A DNA stretch of 64,000 nucleotides from Patescibacteria group bacterium (GTDB lineage Bacteria > Patescibacteriota > UBA1384 > 2-12-FULL-50-11). The notes below the pieces were generated by a model, which had not been told where the DNA came from, did not search any database, and worked only from the letters and a program-made list of their open reading frames with translations. A program made the translations under genes and the position numbers. The stretch spans positions 384,771 to 448,770 of the forward strand of contig JBBUAP010000001.1 of assembly GCA_038058635.1 (NCBI GenBank), given 5' to 3'. Below, in pieces: positions 49,722 to 63,200 of this stretch (position 1 is its first letter; each line of letters begins with the position of its first letter).

Positions 49722-52583
49722 TCAAGGGCGTCTGGAAACAGATGCCCCTTTCTTTTGCCCAAACAAGACTTTGTCTAAAACCTGACCCGTAAGAGAGGAT
49801 TGGTTCTGACTGACTTCTTCGGGTGTGCCTTTAGCGACGATTTCGCCACCCTTCTCACCGCCACCAGGACCCAGATCAATTAGCCAGTCGGCTGACTTAA
49901 TAACATCCAAATTATGCTCGATTACCACCACCGTATTGCCCCGGTCAACGAGCGTCTGGAGAACACCGAGCAGTTTTTCAACATCGGCAAAATGCAGGCC
50001 AGTTGTTGGCTCGTCTAAAATATACAAAGTAGCGCCGGTATCGCGCTTGGCTAACTCGGCCGCCAACTTAATGCGCTGGGCTTCGCCGCCCGACAGTGTT
50101 GTAGCGCTCTGGCCCAAGCGGACATAGCCCAAACCAACTTTCTGCATCGTTTTAAGTTTGTCGGCGATGGTGTGAATATTAGAAAAGAACTCCAGCGCCT
50201 CGTCGATGGTCATATTCAAAATTTGCGAAATCGTTTTGCCTTTCCACATTACTTCCAGCGTTTCGCGGTTGTAGCGCGTTCCTTTACAGACGTCACAAGT
50301 GATATAAACATCCGGCAGGAAATTCATCTCGATTTTAATTTGACCGTCGCCTTGGCAGTTCTCACAACGGCCACCGATAACATTGAAACTAAAGCGGCCC
50401 GGTTTGTAGCCGCGACTACGAGCGGCCGGTGTGGCGGCAAACAGCTGACGAATTGGGTCGAAGGCCTTGGTGTAAGTGGCGGGGTTACTTCTAGGGGTGC
50501 GGCCGATGGGGGACTGGTCGATCTCGATCATTTTATTGATATGCTCAACACCGCTCAATCCTTCGTGCGCCCCTGGCGTCAGCATGCCGTGACCCATGCG
50601 GCGATTGACGGCCTTGCTTAAGATCTCGGCGATTAAGGTTGACTTGCCACTGCCCGATACGCCGGTCACAACAACAAAACGCGAAGTCGGGAAATTGACG
50701 GTAATATTCTTCAGGTTGTTCTCTGTCGCGCCGTGGACGGTCAGCATTCGGTGGCCTTTGGCCACTTCGCGCCGTTCGGGGATAACGAGGGCTTTTTCGC
50801 CACGCAAGTACGGGGCCGTGACGGATTTGGGATTATTCAGAACTTCGTCGTAAGTGCCGCTGGCGACAATCTCGCCGCCGTGTTCGCCGGCGCCCGGGCC
50901 AATATCGACCAAGAAGTCGGCCGCCCGCATTGTTTCCTCGTCGTGCTCAACGACAATGACGGTGTTGCCTAGATCCCGGAGGCGATGAAGCGTTTCGATC
51001 AGTTTGGCGTTGTCTGTCGGGTGCAGGCCGATTGTCGGTTCATCCAAGACATAAAGGATACCAACTAGCGCTGAACCGATCTGGGAGGCCAGGCGAATGC
51101 GCTGGCTTTCGCCGCCGGCCAAGGTAGTCGCTGAACGATCGAGTGTCAGATAGTCCAAGCCAACTTTTGACAGAAACTCCAGGCGGCTAGAAATTTCTAT
51201 AATCACTTTGTCGACGATGGATTTGTCGCGAGCGGTCAATTTTAGCGAACTAAAGTAATCTCGGGCCTTATCGACGGTCAGCGAAGTGATATCCGAGATG
51301 TTCAGGCCGCCGACCTTAAAGATTAACGCCTCTTGCTTCAGGCGGGCGCCCTTACAGCTCTGACACGGGCTTGCTAGCATATACTTTTCTATCTCATCAC
51401 GGACCCGATCGGAGTCAGTCTCGAGATAGCGGCTATCTAAATGGGGAATTAAGCCCTTGAACCAAACGCTGAAATGCTGGGCTTGGCCATGGGAGAAGTA
51501 TTTGAGCGGAATTTTGAACGGCTTCTCCAGCCCTTGCAGTAATTTTGCTAATTGTTTTGGATCGAGATCTTTGATCGGCAGATCAATACTTAAGTCAAAA
51601 TGTTCGGCAACATTTTTGATTAATATGCCGTAGTAGTTGGTGCTGGAAAAATTCCACGGCATAACACCGCCTTCGGCGATGGTTTTGGACGAATCGGGAA
51701 TGATTAGGTCTTCAGTGATAACTTTGCGATAGCCCAAACCGTGACAGTCTTCACAGGCGCCGTACGGCGAATTGAAGGAAAACGATCGCGGGGAAATTTC
51801 GCCGAGCGAAAAGCCGTCGTACGGGCAGGCTAAGTCTTGCGAGAGTAGAATTTCGTCGTCCTTGCCTTCTTGGGCGACGATAACCAAGCCCTTACTTAAC
51901 TTCATCGCCGACTCGATTGCTTCATTGAGGCGCGAACGGGTGCTGGAACCAATTATTAATCGATCGATCAGAACCTCGATCTTGTGGGCTTTGTAACGAT
52001 CGAGTTCGATCTTATCGCTTAAACTGAAAATCTCGCCGTTGACGCGGACAGTGCCGAACCCTCCTTTATATAGGTCGTGCAATAACTGGTGATATTCGCC
52101 CTTGCGACCGCGGACCACCGGCGCCAAAACGCTGATGCGGGTGCCTTCCGGTAAACCGACGATCAGATCGACCATTTGGTCGACGCTTTGACGAGCAATT
52201 TGGCGATCGCATTTGGGGCAGTAGGGGATACCGACGCGGGCAAAGAGTAGTCGCAGGTAATCGTAAATTTCAGTGACGGTGCCGACGGTGGAGCGAGGGT
52301 TATGAGAGTTGGCTTTCTGGTCGATCGAGATGGCCGGTGACAAACCTTCGATATAATCGACATCGGGTTTTTCCATCTGACCCAAAAATTGTCGGGCATA
52401 AGATGAAAGCGATTCCATATATCTGCGCTGGCCTTCGGCATAAATTGTGTCAAACGCCAAACTTGATTTACCGGAGCCTGACAAACCCGTGAAAACGATC
52501 AATTTTTCCCGCGGCAATTCGAGATCAATGTTTTTGAGGTTGTGCTCACGAGCGCCTTTGATAAAGATTCTGTCTTGAGACAT
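49722..52583 (-). CDS. uvrA: excinuclease ABC subunit A, full-length paralog 2 (more canonical)
   Basis: 953 aa with '[55 protein letters not shown]'. Both ABC modules and the zinc fingers are present. Confidence 0.95.
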   Translation of the reverse strand: MSQDRIFIKGAREHNLKNIDLELPREKLIVFTGLSGSGKSSLAFDTIYAEGQRRYMESLSSYARQFLGQMEKPDVDYIEGLSPAISIDQKANSHNPRSTVGTVTEIYDYLRLLFARVGIPYCPKCDRQIARQSVDQMVDLIVGLPEGTRISVLAPVVRGRKGEYHQLLHDLYKGGFGTVRVNGEIFSLSDKIELDRYKAHKIEVLIDRLIIGSSTRSRLNEAIESAMKLSKGLVIVAQEGKDDEILLSQDLACPYDGFSLGEISPRSFSFNSPYGACEDCHGLGYRKVITEDLIIPDSSKTIAEGGVMPWNFSSTNYYGILIKNVAEHFDLSIDLPIKDLDPKQLAKLLQGLEKPFKIPLKYFSHGQAQHFSVWFKGLIPHLDSRYLETDSDRVRDEIEKYMLASPCQSCKGARLKQEALIFKVGGLNISDITSLTVDKARDYFSSLKLTARDKSIVDKVIIEISSRLEFLSKVGLDYLTLDRSATTLAGGESQRIRLASQIGSALVGILYVLDEPTIGLHPTDNAKLIETLHRLRDLGNTVIVVEHDEETMRAADFLVDIGPGAGEHGGEIVASGTYDEVLNNPKSVTAPYLRGEKALVIPERREVAKGHRMLTVHGATENNLKNITVNFPTSRFVVVTGVSGSGKSTLIAEILSKAVNRRMGHGMLTPGAHEGLSGVEHINKMIEIDQSPIGRTPRSNPATYTKAFDPIRQLFAATPAARSRGYKPGRFSFNVIGGRCENCQGDGQIKIEMNFLPDVYITCDVCKGTRYNRETLEVMWKGKTISQILNMTIDEALEFFSNIHTIADKLKTMQKVGLGYVRLGQSATTLSGGEAQRIKLAAELAKRDTGATLYILDEPTTGLHFADVEKLLGVLQTLVDRGNTVVVIEHNLDVIKSADWLIDLGPGGGEKGGEIVAKGTPEEVSQNQSSLTGQVLDKVLFGQKKGASVSRRP

Positions 52584-52675
52584 CTAATCATTGTACCAGA
52601 CAAAACCCGAAAAACTTCAGGCAAACAAAAAAGGGTCTTTCGACCCGATTCTGTTTTCGCCAGAGATTAGTGTAA

Positions 52676-52867
52676 TTACTCTTTTGTAGATTCGGTGTCC
52701 GACGGTGTTGAAGAGGAATTCATCCAGAGTTGCTCCAATATCCTTTTCATATCGGGGGTGTTTATATGGTATGCCTCAGCAGCTGCTTTAGTATTAGCGA
52801 CAAACGCCTCTTCTTGAGCTTCCTTATCTTCAATTCCGCCTGGTTCTTGTGCTTCAAATTCTCCCAT
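52676..52867 (-). CDS. hypothetical acidic 63-aa protein
   Basis: AAGGAGG lies 3 nt upstream of the ATG. Its own TTGACA-N17-GTTAAT promoter-like motif sits at about 52885-52915 on the minus strand. Confidence 0.45.
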   Translation of the reverse strand: MGEFEAQEPGGIEDKEAQEEAFVANTKAAAEAYHINTPDMKRILEQLWMNSSSTPSDTESTKE

Positions 52868-52937
52868 TGACCTCCTTCGCTACCATTAACTAAAAACCTT
52901 AGGTATATGTCAAGGGGAGCTCTGGATTAGAGCTCCC

Positions 52938-53249
52938 CTAGTGCTTGGTTTCCAACGAGAGGGTCTGTTCGACAATGCTTCGAGCTGTTTCTGACGCCAG
53001 GGAGTGACGGCCCTGGCACCATGCTCTGACATCAAGCAGCGATGCTGTTGTTTCGTCAGACATCTCCTTGAGTGGGTTCCGTCCTGAGTAGGCGAGGGAT
53101 TCCGACAACAGGTAGGAAAGTATATCGCCTAAGATAATCCTTTCGTCTCCTGGCGGGATCTCTTGTTCGGTTCGCTCGAGGGCAATGAGCAACCTCCTTG
53201 TCAGCCAATTGACCTCTACCATTTTCATTCTGGCGAGGTTCAGGTTCAT
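52938..53249 (-). CDS. hypothetical 103-aa protein
   Basis: GGAGG lies 6 nt upstream of the ATG. A 9-bp GC hairpin (GGGGAGCTC/GAGCTCCCC) lies downstream. Confidence 0.45.
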   Translation of the reverse strand: MNLNLARMKMVEVNWLTRRLLIALERTEQEIPPGDERIILGDILSYLLSESLAYSGRNPLKEMSDETTASLLDVRAWCQGRHSLASETARSIVEQTLSLETKH

Positions 53250-53277
53250 TCGATACCTCCAACTATCAGAGCCTAGT

Positions 53278-55299
53278 TTATGTCAATTCTGGGTGAAAGT
53301 CAATGGCTTGGGCACTCAAATCCTTTCGGTCTTTCTGCATTTTCTTCAGCTTGATTACCTCGTCACGGAGAATCGCGGCCAATTCAAATTGAAGTTCTTG
53401 AGCGGCTAGTTTCATCTGGCGCTCTTTGTCTTTAATCAACGAATCGATATTGCTTTTGGCCAGCTGGGTTTCGATTTTATCCAAACCGACCGATGCCGTG
53501 AGCTCTTGCTCGACAATCGAGGTGATACTTTTAGAGATACTCCTTGGGGTGATGCCGTGCTCCTTATTATAGGCAGACTGAATTGTTCGGCGTCGGTTGG
53601 TTTCGTCGATCGCTTTTTTCAGTGAATCGGTGATTGTATCGGCATAGAGAATGACTTGACCTTGGACATGACGAGCGGCTCGACCGATGGTTTGAATGAG
53701 GGATCGCTCACTGCGGAGGAATCCTTCTTTGTCGGCGTCCAAAATGCCAACCAGCGACACTTCCGGCAGATCCAACCCTTCGCGAAGTAAGTTGACGCCG
53801 ATTAAGACATCAAAAGTTCCCTTGCGTAACTCCCGCAATATTTCGATCCGTTCTAATGTTTCGACACCGCTATGAAGGTAGCGGACACGAATGCCTTGTT
53901 CGAGCAGGTAGTCGGTCAGATCTTCGGCCATTTTTTTCGTCAGCGTCGTCACCAAAGTTCGTTCTTCGCGAGCGACCCGGCCCTTAATTCGTTCTTGTAA
54001 GTCTTTAACCTGGCCATCAACAGGTTGGATGATCAGCTCGGGGTCAATGAGGCCAGTCGGACGAATGATTTGCTGGGCAGTATTCTCTGATCGTTCTAGC
54101 TCGTACACCCCAGGGGTGGCCGAGGTGTAAATCGTTTGGCCAACCTTCTGTTCAAACTCGGCGAAACGCAACGGTCGGTTATCTTTGGCTGATGGCAAGC
54201 GAAAACCGTAGTCGACCAAGACTTCTTTGCGGGCTTTGTCGCCGTTATACATCCCGCCAATCTGCGAAACGGTTACATGGGACTCGTCGATGATCGTCAG
54301 GAAATCGGGATTGGAGCGAATGAAGTAATCAAACAATGTTGTCGGCGTACTGCCCGGCTCTCGGCCATCAAAATGTCGGGAGTAGTTTTCGATGCCATTG
54401 CAGTAGCCGACCTCGCGAATCATCTCCATGTCATAAAGCGTCCGGCGAGCCAGGCGATCGGCTTCAATGCCTTTGTTTTCTTTTTCTAGGACTTTGAGGC
54501 GGTCTTTCAGCTCCGCTTCAATCGATTCAACTGCCCGATCCATTCGCTCAACCGGCATCACAAAGTGTCGAGCCGGGTAGAAAACGGCTAAACGCTTGTG
54601 TTCGATAATTTCGCTGGTAACTGGATCGATCTCTTGAATTTCCTCGACTGTATCGCCAGCAAGTTTCAAACGGATGATGCGCATTGCGTTGGCTGGCATC
54701 ACTTCAATGATCTCGCCACGGGTCCGGAAGTCGCCTCGTTTCAGCTCAACATCGTTGCGCTGATATTGGAGGAAAACTAATTTGTCTAAGAGTTGTTCGC
54801 GGGGGATTGTCTGACCCTTGGTAATGACGAGACTGGCCTTTTGATACTCATCTGGTGAACCCAAGCCGTAAATGCAGGAGACGGATGCAACGATAATCGT
54901 ATCTTGGCGGGTCAGAATGGCCTGGGTGGCGGCGTGACGAAGGCGATCGATCTCGTCGTTAATTTGGGCTTCCTTTTCTATGTATGTATCGGAGTTGGGC
55001 ATATAGGCCTCGGGTTGGTAGTAGTCGTAATAAGAAACGAAATATTCAACGGCGTTTTTAGGGAAGAATTGGCGGTACTCACTCGTTAGCTGGGCGGCCA
55101 GTGTTTTGTTGTGGGCAATGACGAGAGTGGGCTTTTGAACTGCCGCGATAACATTGGCGGCGGTGAAAGTCTTACCCGAGCCGGTCACACCCAAAAGCAC
55201 CTGATGCTTCAGGCCTTTGTTAATTCCCTTCATCAGCGACTCAATCGCCTTCGGCTGATCCCCCGCTGGTTTCATGTCCGTTGCCAGTTCAAACTGCAT
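53278..55299 (-). CDS. uvrB: excinuclease ABC subunit B
   Basis: '[10 protein letters not shown]', 'IIDESHVT' and C-terminal UVR '[13 protein letters not shown]'. Confidence 0.95.
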   Translation of the reverse strand: MQFELATDMKPAGDQPKAIESLMKGINKGLKHQVLLGVTGSGKTFTAANVIAAVQKPTLVIAHNKTLAAQLTSEYRQFFPKNAVEYFVSYYDYYQPEAYMPNSDTYIEKEAQINDEIDRLRHAATQAILTRQDTIIVASVSCIYGLGSPDEYQKASLVITKGQTIPREQLLDKLVFLQYQRNDVELKRGDFRTRGEIIEVMPANAMRIIRLKLAGDTVEEIQEIDPVTSEIIEHKRLAVFYPARHFVMPVERMDRAVESIEAELKDRLKVLEKENKGIEADRLARRTLYDMEMIREVGYCNGIENYSRHFDGREPGSTPTTLFDYFIRSNPDFLTIIDESHVTVSQIGGMYNGDKARKEVLVDYGFRLPSAKDNRPLRFAEFEQKVGQTIYTSATPGVYELERSENTAQQIIRPTGLIDPELIIQPVDGQVKDLQERIKGRVAREERTLVTTLTKKMAEDLTDYLLEQGIRVRYLHSGVETLERIEILRELRKGTFDVLIGVNLLREGLDLPEVSLVGILDADKEGFLRSERSLIQTIGRAARHVQGQVILYADTITDSLKKAIDETNRRRTIQSAYNKEHGITPRSISKSITSIVEQELTASVGLDKIETQLAKSNIDSLIKDKERQMKLAAQELQFELAAILRDEVIKLKKMQKDRKDLSAQAIDFHPELT

Positions 55300-55459
55300 T
55301 TGTCTAATTCTAGCGTATTTTTCAGGTATTTAAACCTGTAAAACTTCTGTTCCCTCTTGACAGGTTTGTTCAGGGTAGTTAGTAATGTAAATCAGGTACG
55401 GTACTGGTTTGCTGTACCACAAGTTAAAATAAAAAAACTTAGGGAAGGAGGTGAGAAGC

Positions 55460-55663
55460 ATGGCATTTAGCAAAGTATCAGAAAAGTCTGGTAAGACTTA
55501 TTACCTTCACGGTCGCGATGTCACCCTACGCGGTGGTCGCCAACAGAAGATTTTCTTCTTCGCTCAAGATGTTCGCCCGGGCGCTCTTGACGCCATTCCG
55601 GATGGTTACGAAGTAATGGAGAACGCTCGCACAGGTCTCCCAATGTTGCGCAAGGCTCGTTAG
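55460..55663 (+). CDS. hypothetical 67-aa basic protein
   Basis: AAGGAGG lies 8 nt upstream of the ATG at 55460. The product begins 'MAFSKVSEKSGKTYYLHGRDVTLRGGRQQKIFFF'. Confidence 0.5.
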   Translation: MAFSKVSEKSGKTYYLHGRDVTLRGGRQQKIFFFAQDVRPGALDAIPDGYEVMENARTGLPMLRKAR

Positions 55664-55697
55664 TTTACTGGTTTTCCGCGGACTACCAGAAACAGTG

Positions 55698-55779
55698 AAC
55701 CCCGCACTTGGTCCCGAACTGAAACGCGACTATCACGTCGCCGTCAAAGCTTCGAGACCAAGTAGCGGGGTTTTCTGGT
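55698..55779 (+). terminator. long compound hairpin ending GCGGGGTTTTCTGG (putative terminator of 55460 gene)
   Basis: AACCCCGCACTTGGTC...GACCAAGTAGCGGGGTT is a 16-bp stem with one bulge. It has an inner GCGAC/GTCGC hairpin and a following T-run. Confidence 0.5.
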
Positions 55780-55793
55780 GTACAATATCGTAG

Positions 55794-57155
55794 ATGAGGA
55801 AATTTAGTGTGACGATCGCCACTTTCGCTTTAGTTCTCGATGGACTAGCCATCGTCGCGGCGATGATTCTTGCTTACGAAATGCGCTCTAACGGTGGGAC
55901 GATATTTTTATTACCGTTTGCTAGCTACCTGCGCTTGCTTTGGTGGGTTGTCCCGGCCTGGCTAATTCTACTGGCCAGCCAAGGACTCTACAATCATCGT
56001 TCTCTGCCAACCGGTTGGAGCGCCATCGGACGCCTACTAATCGGCCTACTGTCTGGTTGGGGCGCGCTAATGATTTACTTATACCTCTCTCGTTCACCTG
56101 AAGCCCAAAACTTTCCCCGCCTCCTGATTGTCTACGGCCTTGGACTGACTAGTCTATTTTGTGTCATCGATAAATTGGTTTTAAGCGCTCTGGTGGTCGG
56201 CTTGCGTCGGCAAGGCGTCGGAGTCATCCGCTCCGGGCTTTTGATCGCCAGCAACCACCAAAATCTCATCAATAGTTTTCGAATTGAAGAAAATCACGGC
56301 CGACATTTGGCTGAAATAATTAGCCACGACTACCTAAACGAACTATATAAATTAAAACCCGGAGCGATCGATGAGCTAGTTGTGCCCGATAATGTCCTGG
56401 ACGAGCCGACGATGCTCTCGGTCATCAATTGGGCCGATCAAACAAACACTCAATTCGTCTTAGTGCCGTCTTTGAGCACAGTTCGGTCGACTAATGTCGA
56501 AATGGGCACGCTCGCTGGCAGTCCGGTGCTATTCTTTCGACGCACACCGCTTGAGGGCTGGGGTCGGGTTTACAAACGAATTCTGGATTTGATTCTTGTC
56601 CTGCCGGCTCTGATTATTCTTTCTCCGATATATTTTCTATTGATGATGATGGTAAGAATATCATCGCCCGGACCGATATTTTATCGAGAAGCCCGGGTTG
56701 GCCAAGATGGGCGCGAGTTCTTTATCGGCAAGTTTCGTAGTATGTATGCCGACTGGCGACAGCGCTTCCCGGGTGTCAAAGATTGGTCGGCTGACGAAAA
56801 AACCGATGTTAGAATTACGCCACTCGGCCGATTTTTGAGGCAGACCAATCTCGATGAACTGCCGCAATTGTGGGATGTTCTGAAAGGCAAAATGAGTATT
56901 GTCGGACCGCGACCAGAACAGCCCAAGTATGTCGAGCAGTTCTCCCAGGAATTTCCGGATTATCTGAAGCGCCACCATGTTAAGTCTGGTCTAACTGGCT
57001 GGGCCCAGATTAACGGTGCCAGGGGCAATACGCCGATCGCCGACAGGGTTAAATACGATCTGTATTATATTGAAAATTGGTCAATTTGGTTTGATTTACG
57101 GATTATTTTAGCAACCTTTATTTACCTGGTACGACTGCTGGCTAAGTCGGAATAA
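55794..57155 (+). CDS. polyprenyl-phosphate glycosyl-1-phosphate transferase (bacterial sugar transferase, WbaP-like)
   Basis: 'KRILDLILVLPALIILSPIYFLL...GPIFYREARVG', 'KFRSM' and 'LDELPQLWDVLKGKMSIVGPRP'. Confidence 0.85.
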   Translation: MRKFSVTIATFALVLDGLAIVAAMILAYEMRSNGGTIFLLPFASYLRLLWWVVPAWLILLASQGLYNHRSLPTGWSAIGRLLIGLLSGWGALMIYLYLSRSPEAQNFPRLLIVYGLGLTSLFCVIDKLVLSALVVGLRRQGVGVIRSGLLIASNHQNLINSFRIEENHGRHLAEIISHDYLNELYKLKPGAIDELVVPDNVLDEPTMLSVINWADQTNTQFVLVPSLSTVRSTNVEMGTLAGSPVLFFRRTPLEGWGRVYKRILDLILVLPALIILSPIYFLLMMMVRISSPGPIFYREARVGQDGREFFIGKFRSMYADWRQRFPGVKDWSADEKTDVRITPLGRFLRQTNLDELPQLWDVLKGKMSIVGPRPEQPKYVEQFSQEFPDYLKRHHVKSGLTGWAQINGARGNTPIADRVKYDLYYIENWSIWFDLRIILATFIYLVRLLAKSE

Positions 57156-58246
57156 TGAAAATTGCATTAGTTCATGATTTTTTTACTCAGTGGGGTGGGG
57201 GAGAGCGGGTTTTAAAAACTTTTAGCGAAATTTGGCCAGATGCGCCGATTTATGTGATTGCCAAAGATCAGAAGCTGGTCGATGAATTCTTACCTGGCCG
57301 CACTGTCAACGTCAGTTTCTTGCAGAATTTTCCCGGCATGCCGAAAGCCTTTAAATATTACTTGGCGCTCATGCCCCGGGCGATTGAGTCGTTCGATTTA
57401 TCTTCGTACGATGTTGTTCTGTCCGATTCGTCGGCGTACGCCAAAGGGGCGATCACCAAAGGCAAAACTAAGCATATTTGTTATCTACACACGCCGACTC
57501 GCTATTTAACAAGCGATAAAGAGGAGTACCTGGCCACTGCACCGATTCCTCTCCCGCTGATTGGTCGGCCAATTGTCAAAATGATTTTAGGAGGACTGAC
57601 AAAATGGGATCTAGCGGCCAGCACGCGACCGGACTATTTAATTGCAAACTCTAATTACATCGCCGCTCGGACCGAAAAATATTATCAGCGGACACCAGAC
57701 GAAGTGATTTTTCCGCCAGTTGACACAAGCCGGTTCAGAACTTCCGACAAAATTGGCGACTACTGGTTGACGCTGGGCCGAAATGAGCCGTACAAGCGAA
57801 CTGACTTAGCAATTCATGCGGCCAACCAACTCGGCTTAAAACTAAAAGTGGTTGGTGGCGGGACCAAAATGACTGAACTGATGGCAATCGCGGGGCCAAC
57901 AATTGAGTTCGTCGGCCGGGTAAGCGACGACAAATTAGCCGATCTTTACTGCCACGCCATCGGCTTAATTTTTCCACCAAAAGAAGATGCTGGGATGACG
58001 CCGCTGGAAGCGATGGCTTCCGGCCGACCAGTAATTGCGTACGGCGAAGGCGGGGCGCTGGAGTCGGTTGTCGCAGGAGTAACCGGCGAATTTTTCGCCG
58101 AGCAAACCGTCGATTCACTCGTGGCCGTGCTCAAAAACTTTGACGCCTCAAAGTACGATCCCCAAGAGATCCGCACCCACGCCATGCAATTCGACACAGA
58201 AATATTTAAAACCAGAATTCTCAAAATTGTTGAAAAAGTATTATGA
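57155..58246 (+). CDS. glycosyltransferase, GT4 family
   Basis: 'MKIALVHDFF' and 'EDAGMTPLEAMASGRPVIAYGEGG'. Confidence 0.85.
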   Translation: MKIALVHDFFTQWGGGERVLKTFSEIWPDAPIYVIAKDQKLVDEFLPGRTVNVSFLQNFPGMPKAFKYYLALMPRAIESFDLSSYDVVLSDSSAYAKGAITKGKTKHICYLHTPTRYLTSDKEEYLATAPIPLPLIGRPIVKMILGGLTKWDLAASTRPDYLIANSNYIAARTEKYYQRTPDEVIFPPVDTSRFRTSDKIGDYWLTLGRNEPYKRTDLAIHAANQLGLKLKVVGGGTKMTELMAIAGPTIEFVGRVSDDKLADLYCHAIGLIFPPKEDAGMTPLEAMASGRPVIAYGEGGALESVVAGVTGEFFAEQTVDSLVAVLKNFDASKYDPQEIRTHAMQFDTEIFKTRILKIVEKVL

Positions 58247-58474
58247 GGTATTTTTGACATCCGGCTTTCGGTTGGCTACTGTTTAGTTCTCGCGCCACAC
58301 ACCGCATCCGCAGTGTTGTGGATAATAACAAAGCGAATAGGATAACCCGTTGCACTGGCTAAAAACACCGGTCTAGAACGATGTGGAAGACACGGGTAGT
58401 TCGTAAGAGGTAGACTTCTCGTTACGACAGTCGGAGCAGGTGCAAATGTGCCGACTAGCTTTCAGACTCCTCAT

Positions 58475-58508
58475 GGCGAAGCCAAGTCTGGCTTCGCCAC
58501 TTCTTTTC
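58475..58508 (+). terminator. intrinsic terminator 230 nt downstream of the GT4 stop
   Basis: GGCGAAGCCA AGTC TGGCTTCGCC followed by ACTTCTTTTC. Confidence 0.55.
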
Positions 58509-58597
58509 ATCTTCGGTCCTCAACTTTATTATTAAGGAAGTGATGATATCTTTTTCTTGGCTTGGTTTTCTCCATATATTCGGGTAAAATAGACTAA

Positions 58598-60538
<1,941 letters not shown>

Positions 60539-60539
60539 G

Positions 60540-63200
60540 ATGGCAGAAGAAGAGAAAGATATTACCGAAGAACAGCCAGAGGAAGAGCAAGCTAGCTCGA
60601 AGTCAGAGACGAAAGTAATCCCCGAGCAGACCAACTTTGGCGTGATTAAACCTCGTCAGATTCACGACGAGATGAGCGAGTCGTATCTAGACTACGCCAT
60701 GAGTGTCATCGTTGCCCGGGCCTTGCCGGATGTTCGTGACGGCTTAAAACCTGTTCAGCGCCGTATCCTTTATGTCATGCGCGAGATGGGCTTGTCAGCC
60801 AATTCCAAACACCAAAAATGTGCCAAAATCGTCGGTCAAGTGATGGGTCTTTACCATCCGCACGGCGACTCCTCGATTTACGAAGCCCTCGCTCGCATGG
60901 CGCAGTGGTGGAGTTTGCGCATGCCATTGGTCAACGGTCAAGGAAACTTTGGTTCGATGGATGGCGACCCAGCGGCCGCCATGCGTTACACCGAGGCCAA
61001 ACTTGTCACCGCCACTGAAGCACTTTTGGCCGACATCGATAAAGATACGGTCGATTTCCAAGATAATTACGACGGCACGCACCGGGAGCCAGTCGTGCTA
61101 CCGGCTCGCTTACCAAACTTACTAATTAACGGCTCGCAAGGTATCGCCGTTGGCTTAGCGACCAATATTCCACCGCACAATGTCGGCGAAATCATCGACG
61201 GCTTGCTGTTGCTACAAGAAAAACCGGAAGCTGACATGGACGAGTTAATCGATATTATTAAAGGCCCAGATTTTCCGACCGGCGGTATCGCCTATGGCCA
61301 AAACGATATAAAAGAAGCCCTTTCGACTGGACGCGGCCGAGTAGTTGTTCGTGGCCGAGCCGAGATACAAGAAGAAAAGAATCGTAGCCGAATTATTATT
61401 AACGAACTACCTTACCAAACCAATAAAGCCACCTTTGTTACCCACATCGCCGATTTAGTTAAATCAAAACGAATTGAAGGCATCAGCGATCTTCGCGACG
61501 AGTCCGATCAAAAAGACGGTGTTCGTGTCGTCGTCGAGCTCAAAGTTGGGGCGCCGGCCGCAAAAATCTTAAATCAGCTCTATGAATTAACCGAACTGCA
61601 ATCTGTCATCCACTATAATTTAGTCGCTTTGGTCGACGGCATTCAGCCACGACTGCTCAATGTCATTGAAGTGTTGAGCGAATTTTTGGCCCACCGTATC
61701 GTGGTTGTGACTCGCCGAACAGAATACGATTTACGGATTGCTCAAGCTCGAGCCCATATTTTAGAAGGGTTGAAAATCGCCCTCGACCATCTTGATGCCA
61801 TCATTAAGCTAATTCGCGCCGCCAAGGATCGCGATGAAGCTAAGACCGAACTAAAGAAACAATTCGAGCTAAGCGAGCTTCAGGCCAACGCGATTTTGGA
61901 TATGCGCCTATCGCAATTGGCCAACCTTGAGCGTCAACGAATTTATGATGAATACGACGCGATCATGAAACTAATCGCTGATTTAGAGGATATATTAGCT
62001 AAACCAGCCCGAGTCCAAAAGATTATCAAAGATGAGCTTCTAGAAATGAAGTCCAAGTTTAATATCGAGCGCAAAACTGAAATTCGTCCCGAAGCGCTGG
62101 GCCAACTGACGGCGATCGATTTGATTCCTGAAGAGTCGGTCCTGATTAGCCTAACAAGGGGTAATTATGTTAAGCGCCTCCCTGCCGATACTTACAAGAG
62201 CCAACAGCGAGGTGGTAAAGGCGTAATCGGGATGCAGACTCGTGAAGACGACGCGGTGGTGGATATTACTTTTGCCTCAACGCACGACGACATTATGTTC
62301 TTCACCGATGCTGGCCGAGTTTTCACCATTAAGGCCTACGAGATTCCGGCTTCCAGCCGTCAGAGCAAGGGTATCGCTTTACCGAACTTAATCAGGATTA
62401 ACGCCGAAGAGAAAGTGACAGTTCTGATCACCATGCCAGATAAAGATCGGGCCGGCTTCTTCTTCTTCGCGACAAAACTCGGCGTCGTTAAGCGGGTGGC
62501 CACCGAAGCGTTCAAAAACGTGCGTAAAACCGGCGTGGTGGCTATCGGTCTCAAACCGAAAGATGTCTTGCTTTGGGTTAAGCGAACCACCGGTAGCGAC
62601 GAAATCGCCCAAATGACCAAGAACGGCCAAGTCATTCTGTACAACGAATCAGAAGCCCGAGCGATGGGCCGTAGCGCTGCCGGAGTCCGGGGGATGCGCC
62701 TGAAGGGTGACGACGAAATAATTGAAACGACCGTCCTAACAGGTGAGAGCGAAGCAATTTGTGTCATCTCTAAAAACGGTATCGGCAAAAAAGTTGATGT
62801 TAAAGAATTCCGCAATCAACATCGCGGTGGTTCCGGTATTCGGATCGCTAAGCTAAATGCTAAAACCGGCTTGTTGGCCGGTGGCACCGTTATCACCAAA
62901 GAGTCTAAAGATTTAATTATTGTCTCCGACTCTGGTCAAGTGATCCGAATTCCGATTGCTTCGGTCAAGAAACTTTCTCGTCAGGCCTCGGGCGTAATCT
63001 TAATGCGTTCGAGCGGTAGCGACAAAGTTGTTTCGTTGACTGTTGTTAATGAGGGCGATGAGGCTGAAGCGACCGAGGACAAAGCCGAAACACCAGATGT
63101 AAAGAAGTCGTCACCAACAGATTCGACTCTTCAACCGAACTCAGAGTCGCCCAGAGGGAATCGAGGGGCGACCAGTTCAGCGAAAAAGGGGAAGAAGTAA
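60540..63200 (+). CDS. gyrA: DNA gyrase subunit A
   Basis: '[11 protein letters not shown]', '[12 protein letters not shown]', 'AAMRYTE' (catalytic Tyr) and C-terminal beta-pinwheel repeats. Confidence 0.97.
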   Translation: MAEEEKDITEEQPEEEQASSKSETKVIPEQTNFGVIKPRQIHDEMSESYLDYAMSVIVARALPDVRDGLKPVQRRILYVMREMGLSANSKHQKCAKIVGQVMGLYHPHGDSSIYEALARMAQWWSLRMPLVNGQGNFGSMDGDPAAAMRYTEAKLVTATEALLADIDKDTVDFQDNYDGTHREPVVLPARLPNLLINGSQGIAVGLATNIPPHNVGEIIDGLLLLQEKPEADMDELIDIIKGPDFPTGGIAYGQNDIKEALSTGRGRVVVRGRAEIQEEKNRSRIIINELPYQTNKATFVTHIADLVKSKRIEGISDLRDESDQKDGVRVVVELKVGAPAAKILNQLYELTELQSVIHYNLVALVDGIQPRLLNVIEVLSEFLAHRIVVVTRRTEYDLRIAQARAHILEGLKIALDHLDAIIKLIRAAKDRDEAKTELKKQFELSELQANAILDMRLSQLANLERQRIYDEYDAIMKLIADLEDILAKPARVQKIIKDELLEMKSKFNIERKTEIRPEALGQLTAIDLIPEESVLISLTRGNYVKRLPADTYKSQQRGGKGVIGMQTREDDAVVDITFASTHDDIMFFTDAGRVFTIKAYEIPASSRQSKGIALPNLIRINAEEKVTVLITMPDKDRAGFFFFATKLGVVKRVATEAFKNVRKTGVVAIGLKPKDVLLWVKRTTGSDEIAQMTKNGQVILYNESEARAMGRSAAGVRGMRLKGDDEIIETTVLTGESEAICVISKNGIGKKVDVKEFRNQHRGGSGIRIAKLNAKTGLLAGGTVITKESKDLIIVSDSGQVIRIPIASVKKLSRQASGVILMRSSGSDKVVSLTVVNEGDEAEATEDKAETPDVKKSSPTDSTLQPNSESPRGNRGATSSAKKGKK

